Origin: Pseudomonas aeruginosa
GTDB taxonomy: Bacteria > Pseudomonadota > Gammaproteobacteria > Pseudomonadales > Pseudomonadaceae
Direction of reading: 5' to 3'
DNA: 32,000 nucleotides
NCBI RefSeq assembly: GCF_001457615.1
Contig: NZ_LN831024.1
Location: 5,970,001 to 6,002,000, forward strand
The notes beneath the pieces were generated by a model. That model worked only from the letters and a program-made list of their open reading frames with translations. It searched no databases and was not told the DNA's origin. The translations under genes were made by a program, and so were the position numbers. Position 1 is the stretch's first letter; every line of letters begins with the position of its first letter. Of the stretch, positions 26,713 through 32,000 are shown one piece after another.

Positions 26713-27882
26713 CTAGGCACGCGAAGCGCTGGCCTTGAAGCGCCCGACCCCGCGCAAGATGGAAAACGCCACCGCAACCGCAGCCAACGTCAGCGACACG
26801 CCGAAAAGCAGCAACGCCGTCGACGCACCGAAGCGATCCGCGATCAACCCGGTGAAGATCACCGGCAGGCTGAAGCCGAGGTAGGCCAACAGGAAGTAGC
26901 CCGCGCTGGCCCGCGGCTTTTCCGCACCGGCCAGGACATTCACCGCCGACAGCCCGCCCAGGTAGGTGAAGCCGTAGCAGGAACTGCTCGCGCCCAGCGC
27001 ACCGAACAGCACCGCAGCCAATGAGCCGTGGATCGCGCCCCAGGCCAGCAGGGCATAGCTCGGCGGCAGGATCACCAGCCCCAGGCAGGTCGCCGAGGCC
27101 GGCGCCATCCGCCGCGCCAGCGGCTGGAACAGCAGGCCGCAGCTGATCACGGTGAAGGTCGAGAAGCCCGACCAGCGCGCCAGCCCGTGGGCCGCCAGCA
27201 GCGAAGGCAGGACCGCGATGACCAGACCCACAGTGGCCCATGCCAGCAGGATCGAGAGACCGTACGGCAGGCTGCCGGCGGGAAAGAACGGCAGCCGCAG
27301 CATCGGCGTATCGCGCCCGCGCGGCGCCTCGTCCGGCAGGCCCGCCACCGCCGCCAGGGCCACGCAAGCCAGTCCCAACTGGACCCAGAAGCTGCCGGGC
27401 ACCAGGCTCTCCCGGAACAGCAGGAACAGACTGGTCAGTGCCGCGCCGAGGCCGAAGCCGAGCGAGGTGCTGGCGGTCACCCAGTTGGCCGAGGTGCGGG
27501 AATCCCCGCCCGCGATCAGTTCGCTCATGTAGGCCGTCCCGGTGGCCGATGCCAGGGCCGTGCCGACGCCGAGCAACAGGCGCGCCACGCCGAGCGCCTC
27601 CAGGCGCGGCCAGAGCGCCATCACCAGGGTGGCCACCATCGACAGCAGCAGCGCGACGACGATCGGCGGCTTGCGCCCGATCCGATCGGACAACCCGCCG
27701 AGTACCAGCAGCACCGGCAGTACGCCGAGCACATAGCCGGAGAAAGCGCTGGCGGTAGCTGCCGCGCCGTAACCGGAAAGCTCCGCGTAGGCGGTGTACA
27801 GCGGCGCCTGGAGGTTCACCGCCAAGGTGATCAGGCACAGGCCGAAGGCCAGGCATGCGGCGTGGCGACGGGTATTGCTCAT
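26713..27882 (-). CDS. MFS transporter
   Basis: 389 aa, hydrophobic throughout with about 12 predicted helices. Contains the loop motif GGLSDRIGRKP between TM2 and TM3. GGAGA lies upstream of the ATG. Confidence 0.85.
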   Translation of the reverse strand: MSNTRRHAACLAFGLCLITLAVNLQAPLYTAYAELSGYGAAATASAFSGYVLGVLPVLLVLGGLSDRIGRKPPIVVALLLSMVATLVMALWPRLEALGVARLLLGVGTALASATGTAYMSELIAGGDSRTSANWVTASTSLGFGLGAALTSLFLLFRESLVPGSFWVQLGLACVALAAVAGLPDEAPRGRDTPMLRLPFFPAGSLPYGLSILLAWATVGLVIAVLPSLLAAHGLARWSGFSTFTVISCGLLFQPLARRMAPASATCLGLVILPPSYALLAWGAIHGSLAAVLFGALGASSSCYGFTYLGGLSAVNVLAGAEKPRASAGYFLLAYLGFSLPVIFTGLIADRFGASTALLLFGVSLTLAAVAVAFSILRGVGRFKASASRA

Positions 27883-27984
27883 GCGTTTCTCCGTTCAAGG
27901 GCCTGCCGCGGCAGAGCGGTGGGCATTGGCTAGCCCGCGAGAAGAGGCGTCGACTATCCGGCGCGGCGGCGCTACGGAACAAGT

Positions 27985-28034
27985 AACAGCTGTTCGGATT
28001 TGTGCTTAACTGTTCGCCTGAAAAAACCGAACAG
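27985..28034. promoter_or_regulatory. triple heptamer repeat (CTGTTCG x2 direct, CGAACAG x1 inverted), candidate operator in the divergent promoter
   Basis: CTGTTCG occurs at 27990-27996 and 28010-28016, and CGAACAG at 28028-28034. The first copy is embedded in the perfect palindrome AACAGCTGTT (27985-27994). All copies lie between the MFS gene start (27882) and the regulator gene start (28045). Confidence 0.45.
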
Positions 28035-28044
28035 TGAGTCAGAC

Positions 28045-29421
28045 ATGCACCTCCGGATCGACCGCAATGCCAGCGAGCCGCTGGTGCAGCAGATCGTCGC
28101 AGGGGTCAGCGGCTGGATCCGCGGCAATCGCGTCCGCGCCGGCACGCGGATTCCGTCGATACGCCAGTTGGCCAGGGAAAACCAGCTCAGCCAGTCCAGC
28201 GTGATCGAGGCCTACGACCGCCTGGTCGCCCTGGGGATGCTGGAATCGCGGCACGGCTCGGGGTTCTTCGTCGCCGAGGCGCCCGCCGCCACTACCGACC
28301 TCGACAGCGAATGGCACGAAGGCGCGGAAAACGCATGGGGCCAGTTCAGCGGCAGCTCGACGAAACTCAAGCTCGGCTGCGGCTGGATTCCGGACAGTTG
28401 GCGGGAAGTCGAGGAACTCAGCTACGCGATCCGCCAGGTCGCCCGCAGCGAACTCGCCGGGCTGTTCGACTACAGCACTCCGCTGGGCCTGCCGGCGCTG
28501 CGCCAGCACATCCAGAAACGCCTGCGGCTGATCGATATCCATGTCGACCCGGAGCAGATCCTCACCACCACCGGCGCCAGCCATGCCCTCGACCTGTTGG
28601 TACGCACGCTGCTCAAGCCGGGCGACGTGGTGGTGGTGGAGAACCCCGGCTACTACAACCTGTTCAACCTGCTGAAGTTCCACGGGGTGAAGATGCTCGG
28701 CGTGCCGCGCACCCGCCACGGCCCGGACACCGCCGCGCTGGAGACGATCCTCCGCGCGCACAAGCCGAAGTTCCTTTTCACCAACAGCATGTACCACAAC
28801 CCCACCGGCACCAGCCTCAGCCCCTCAGTGGCCCACCGCGTGCTGCAACTGGCCGAGCAGCATGATTTCCACATCGTTGAGGATGACATCTACGCCGACT
28901 TCCAGAACGGCCCCAGCACCCGCCTGGCAACCCTCGATTCGCTGCGCCGGGTGATCTACCTGGCGAGCTTTTCGAAGACCCTCAGTTGCTCGCTACGGGT
29001 CGGCTACCTGATCGCCGGCCCCGAGCTGATCCGGCGCCTGGCGGATGTGAAGATGTACACCAGCATCGGCAGCCAGCGCTTCGCCGAATGCGTGGTCTCG
29101 ACCATGCTCGCCAACGGCAGTTACCGCAAGCTGGTGCAACGCCTGCGCCAGCGCCTGACCCGGCAGATGGCGGCGACCCTGCGGGTGCTTGGGGACAACG
29201 GCTGGGAGGTGTTCGCCGAACCGGTCGGCGGGATGTTCGTCTGGGCCCGTATCGGCGACTACCCGTTCGCCGAATTGCAGGCCGTGGCGACACGCCTGGA
29301 CGTGCTGCTGTCGCCGGGCAGCGGCTTCAGCCCGGAAGGCGAGGAGAGCGACTGGCTGCGTATCAACATCGCCTATGCCAGCGACCCGCGGGCCCTGGCG
29401 TTTTTCGAGGCGTTCGGGTGA
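28045..29421 (+). CDS. MocR/GabR-type regulator (GntR wHTH fused to a PLP-dependent aminotransferase-like domain)
   Basis: The track ORF was trimmed to ATG 28045, giving 458 aa. The N-terminus has ..IPSIRQLARENQLSQSSVIEAYDRLVALGMLESRHGSGFFV (GntR HTH). The C-terminal fold-type I domain has the SFSK lysine motif. Confidence 0.88.
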   Translation: MHLRIDRNASEPLVQQIVAGVSGWIRGNRVRAGTRIPSIRQLARENQLSQSSVIEAYDRLVALGMLESRHGSGFFVAEAPAATTDLDSEWHEGAENAWGQFSGSSTKLKLGCGWIPDSWREVEELSYAIRQVARSELAGLFDYSTPLGLPALRQHIQKRLRLIDIHVDPEQILTTTGASHALDLLVRTLLKPGDVVVVENPGYYNLFNLLKFHGVKMLGVPRTRHGPDTAALETILRAHKPKFLFTNSMYHNPTGTSLSPSVAHRVLQLAEQHDFHIVEDDIYADFQNGPSTRLATLDSLRRVIYLASFSKTLSCSLRVGYLIAGPELIRRLADVKMYTSIGSQRFAECVVSTMLANGSYRKLVQRLRQRLTRQMAATLRVLGDNGWEVFAEPVGGMFVWARIGDYPFAELQAVATRLDVLLSPGSGFSPEGEESDWLRINIAYASDPRALAFFEAFG

Positions 29422-29445
29422 GGCGCGCTCTTGCCCTCCCCTGCC

Positions 29446-30360
29446 TCACTGGTAGTCGAGCAGGATCACCATCGCGGCCAGGACCGAGCCGGGCGTGATT
29501 TTCTCGGCGGTCTGCACATAGGACGCTTTCATCGGGATCCAGTAAGCCCCGCCGGTGTTCTTGTCGTACGCGGTCACCGGCAACGAGAGTCCCATCCGTA
29601 GCGGAACGCCGGCCTCGTCGGTGACCCGGATCGATACGCCGGTCGCGGTGCTGCCCGCCAGGCGCGGCAGCACACCCGAGCCTTCGGCCACCGCGCCCCC
29701 CACCGCTTGAAGGCTGTAGCCGACGCGGTTGTACCCGCGAGGACAGCCGGCCACTACGAGATTGAACGGGGTAACGGCCGCGTAGGTGCCGACGCCGTTC
29801 AGCCGGGCGGCAGCGATCGACTGCAGCTTCACGGTCTGGTCGGCGACCTGGCAGGTCGCATTGATCGTGGTGACGCTCCCGGTCAACCTGATGGAGGAGG
29901 TGCCAGACGCGATAAGCCCGTCCTTGTAGGTAATGAGGAAGTACGAGTTGAACGCTCCGCTCGCGAACTGGCCGTCGGAGAGCGGCGTCGAGTTGCGGAA
30001 CAACTGGACCTCCGCGATTTGCGAGAAAGTGCCCTTGAAACGGCTGCTCGCCGGTATGCCATCCAGCAGCAGGCGCACCGAGAGGCCCGGCACGTTGGTA
30101 TTCAGGTCCGGACCATCGATCGGGTCCCAGACACTTCCCTTGTTGTACAGAGCGACGCCGATGAGATCGCAGCTGGGCTTGCCGCACAGTTGCATGGGAG
30201 TGAACGTGTAGCGCGACGTGACGTTTCCCTCGGGAAGGATCGAGGGGACGGCGATATCGCGGCCGCCGAAAGCGTACAGATTGGCAGCCATGCTGGTGCC
30301 GGCGGGAACGAACAGGAATGCCGCGATCAGCAGGGTTCTACGGAACGTCTTGAACTCCAT
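29446..30360 (-). CDS. orphan fimbrial (chaperone-usher type) adhesin-like protein
   Basis: The track ORF was trimmed to ATG 30360. Signal peptide MEFKTFRRTLLIAAFLFVPAGTSMA. The C-terminal half looks like a pilin domain (..INATCQVADQTVKLQSI...PFNLVVAGCP...) and ends ..VILLDYQ with the typical penultimate Tyr. 304 aa implies an extra N-terminal domain. Confidence 0.7.
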   Translation of the reverse strand: MEFKTFRRTLLIAAFLFVPAGTSMAANLYAFGGRDIAVPSILPEGNVTSRYTFTPMQLCGKPSCDLIGVALYNKGSVWDPIDGPDLNTNVPGLSVRLLLDGIPASSRFKGTFSQIAEVQLFRNSTPLSDGQFASGAFNSYFLITYKDGLIASGTSSIRLTGSVTTINATCQVADQTVKLQSIAAARLNGVGTYAAVTPFNLVVAGCPRGYNRVGYSLQAVGGAVAEGSGVLPRLAGSTATGVSIRVTDEAGVPLRMGLSLPVTAYDKNTGGAYWIPMKASYVQTAEKITPGSVLAAMVILLDYQ

Positions 30361-30724
30361 GGGATGACAACCGATGTGTCCGGCATGTCCGGGAAAATCC
30401 ACCGGAACCGGAGTGAACTTGATGGGTGGCTAATCTTTTCAGAACACCTGGAAAGGAGCCATAAGACAGGACCTACACGGCTCCGCGAATCCACCTAAGA
30501 ATCGCTAGGAAAATTCTTAAGCAAGCTCTACAGCTCGCTCTCTGGCAACCCCGGACGCCGCTTGGAGCGCCTGGATGGCAAGCAGCTTCGGTTGACGATG
30601 TGGAACGGTAGCGCTGCCACCGGAAAGGAAAAGGCCTTGGCCCGTCGCCAGCCGTGCCTGAACAGGCGAAAGATCGGCTCGCCAACCGGGATGCGGCGGG
30701 GCGAGATGCCCGTCAAAGTGACCG

Positions 30725-30779
30725 GCGCCATAGCACAAGGCCCGCCATCCCTTGCGGGAGGCGGGCCTTGGGATGGCGC
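30725..30779 (-). terminator. long compound hairpin immediately downstream of sutA
   Basis: CAAGGCCCGCC (30736-30746) pairs with GGCGGGCCTTG (30760-30770), with an inner TCCC/GGGA stem and an outer GCGCCAT/ATGGCGC stem. It begins 5 nt after the sutA stop. No clear U-tract. Confidence 0.5.
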
Positions 30780-30783
30780 GAAA

Positions 30784-31099
30784 TCAGATGGGGCGGCTGC
30801 CGTACTTGCTGTCCGGCTTCTTCGGCGGATCGGCCACCACGTTGGGTTCGATCTCCTGCACCTTTCCACCGCGGGAAAGGAACTCCTCCATCGCCTTGGC
30901 GAGGGCGTCACGCTCTTTCTGCTTGGCTTCGACCGAGGGCAGCTCCTCTTCCACCACGGCGGCTTTCGCCTTCTTCCCGGGGCGGGGCCTCGTCGCCGTC
31001 GCCGCTGTCCGCTTCGCCGTCGTCGGCCGCGGCCAGCTCTTCGCCGTCGTCCTCGTCAGCGCCGTCCAGCTCGTCCTGTTCCAGTTCTTCTTCGCTCAT
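30784..31099 (-). pseudogene. sutA: sutA (small acidic RNA-polymerase-associated factor), reading frame broken by an indel
   Basis: From ATG 31099 (GAGG 7 nt upstream) the translation is MSEEELEQDELDGADEDDGEELAAADDGEADSGDGDEAPP, followed by an out-of-frame tail to a stop at 30908. The conserved remainder, GKKAKAAVVEEELPSVEAKQKERDALAKAMEEFLSRGGKVQEIEPNVVADPPKKPDSKYGSRPI, reads in another frame to the stop at 30784. The total of 316 nt is not a multiple of 3. The junction is at the G/C runs at 30976-30987. Confidence 0.75.
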
Positions 31100-31176
31100 G
31101 GTCAACCTCTCGGTGCTGCAAAAGCAGGTTAGTTATAGCCCAGCCGCGCGTTTTGATGAGCGCCGCCGGAAAAAAT

Positions 31177-31602
31177 TCATACTGACTCGCCCTGCCAGGT
31201 GGCGAGCACGCGCCGTGCCCCGCCCCTGTCCCGGTGTTCACCGAGATAGATCCCCTGCCAGGTGCCCAGTGCCAACCCTCCCGACTGTATCGGCAGGGTC
31301 AGTTGGCAGCCCAGCAGGCTGGCCTTGAAATGCGCCGGAAGGTCGTCCGGACCTTCGTCGTTGTGTTCATAGCCGACTTCGCCGCGTGGCGCCAGCCGCT
31401 CGAAAAAACGCTCGAAATCCCGGCGTACGGCAGGATCGGCATTTTCATTCAGGGTCAGTGAAGCCGACGTATGTTGCAAAAGCAGGTGCAGCAGGCCGAC
31501 CCGGCACCGCCGAAGCTCCGGCAAGGCGTCGAGTATCTCCTCGGTGACGAGGTGAAAGCCCCGCGGACGCGGGCGCAAGGTGATCAGGGTCTGCTGCCAC
31601 AT
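31177..31602 (-). CDS. YjbQ/UPF0047 family protein (secondary thiamine-phosphate synthase-like)
   Basis: 141 aa. The sequence [39 protein letters not shown]...[16 protein letters not shown].....[14 protein letters not shown] is typical of YjbQ. Confidence 0.85.
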   Translation of the reverse strand: MWQQTLITLRPRPRGFHLVTEEILDALPELRRCRVGLLHLLLQHTSASLTLNENADPAVRRDFERFFERLAPRGEVGYEHNDEGPDDLPAHFKASLLGCQLTLPIQSGGLALGTWQGIYLGEHRDRGGARRVLATWQGESV

Positions 31603-31831
31603 GCTGCTGTTCCAAATCGGCTCCGATCCGTCGCGCCGCGCATTCTAGCGCGGCATTTGAAAAAGCAAAGAGCGTAAGAGGCAGACCTGTGAAAGCTGAT
31701 GGTGGCGCAGTCCGCTGGCAGTCACTGAAAGACCGGTTGCGGAAAGGTGGTGGCAGTCGCGGGAAGCGCCCAGGACTTTCGACGCACAAGGGCATGGCGT
31801 TCGGCGAAGGCGAGCGCGGGAGGCAAACCGA

Positions 31832-31852
31832 CGCCCGGCGGAAAGCCGGGCG
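31832..31852 (-). terminator. hairpin downstream of amtB
   Basis: CGCCCGGC (31832-31839), loop GGAAA, GCCGGGCG (31845-31852). On the minus strand it is followed by TCGGTTTGCC, a weak U-tract. It lies 11 nt after the amtB stop. Confidence 0.45.
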
Positions 31853-31862
31853 CCGGCAGGTA

Positions 31863-32000
31863 TTACAGGTTGTAGCCGCGCTCGTTGTGCAGCGCCAGGT
31901 CGAGGCCGACCGCTTCCTCTTCCTCGGTGACCCGCAGGCCCATGACCAGGTCCAGCACCTTGAGGATCACGAAGGTCACCACGGCGGTGTAGACCACGGT
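31863..32000 (-). CDS. amtB: ammonium transporter AmtB, C-terminal end (partial; gene starts beyond window end)
   Basis: Manual minus-strand translation gives TVVYTAVVTFVILKVLDLVMGLRVTEEEEAVGLDLALHNERGYNL followed by a stop. This matches the conserved AmtB C-terminus (GLRV.EE.E..GLD...H.E..Y). Confidence 0.8.
   Translation of the reverse strand, partial: TVVYTAVVTFVILKVLDLVMGLRVTEEEEAVGLDLALHNERGYNL

Noticed and set aside
26585-27982. 465-aa minus-strand ORF and 301-aa plus-strand ORF (27028..27933) overlapping the MFS transporter gene.
   Set aside because: Their composition is R/G/P/A-rich and unlike real proteins. The 389-aa frame (26713..27882) gives a coherent 12-helix MFS sequence with an RBS.
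30374-30433. 19-codon CxxC mini-ORF (MCPACPGKSTGTGVNLMGG) upstream of the adhesin gene.
   Set aside because: It has no RBS, lies on the strand opposite to both neighbouring genes, is very short, and has no supporting evidence.
30520-30724. Possible riboswitch or structured RNA (I compared it by eye with the cobalamin and c-di-GMP riboswitch consensus cores).
   Set aside because: I could not find the conserved core motifs of these classes on either strand. It is kept only as a low-interest spacer observation.
30562-31328. Plus-strand ORFs 30562..31185 (207 aa), 30654..31328 (224 aa) and 30752..31132 (126 aa).
   Set aside because: They are antisense to the clearly coding but frameshifted sutA sequence and to the yjbQ 3' region. 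Their Ser/Arg/Pro/Ala-rich composition mirrors the acidic Glu/Asp-rich sutA codons.
1-32000. A search by eye for CRISPR repeats, tRNA or rRNA genes, IS inverted repeats, integrase-flanked islands and long direct repeats.
   Set aside because: None was seen. The only tyrosine recombinase is the housekeeping xerC in its conserved dapF-yigA-xerC-yigB context. The T6SS module has no flanking integrase or direct repeats that I could detect.

Overview
High-GC (about 65%) chromosomal segment. From memory, its gene content and order match Pseudomonas aeruginosa, roughly PAO1 PA5257-PA5287. Most of it is conserved housekeeping sequence: hemY'(partial)-hemX-hemD-hemC, algZ-algR, argH, corA, cyaA, rnk, cyaY, lppL-lysA-dapF-yigA-like-xerC-yigB-like, an MFS transporter with a divergent MocR-type regulator, yjbQ, and the 3' end of amtB. 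I saw no rRNA, tRNA, CRISPR array, IS element or prophage. The one clearly accessory block is a four-gene minus-strand type VI secretion auxiliary module at 6883-14144. It encodes hcpB, vgrG6, a 1089-aa VasX-like membrane-targeting effector candidate, and a 401-aa polytopic membrane immunity candidate. The last three genes are joined by ATGA overlaps. No adaptor gene is present. The membrane-encoding parts of both cargo genes have strikingly low GC. A sigma54/IHF-like promoter lies upstream of hcpB. This cargo pair is the best candidate for a poorly described system. Two global regulators carry single-indel frameshifts at G/C runs: algR is one base short, separating the receiver domain from the LytTR domain, and sutA is out of frame. 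These could be real loss-of-function alleles or assembly errors. Other points are a 46-codon lipoprotein gene (lppL) missing from the ORF track, a small Cys-rich DUF1289-like gene overlapping the cyaY 3' end, an orphan two-domain fimbrial adhesin-like gene, a membrane protein with a Gly/Cys-rich tail, and a triple heptamer repeat in the MFS/MocR divergent promoter. Most long ORFs in the track that lie antisense to these genes are high-GC artefacts.
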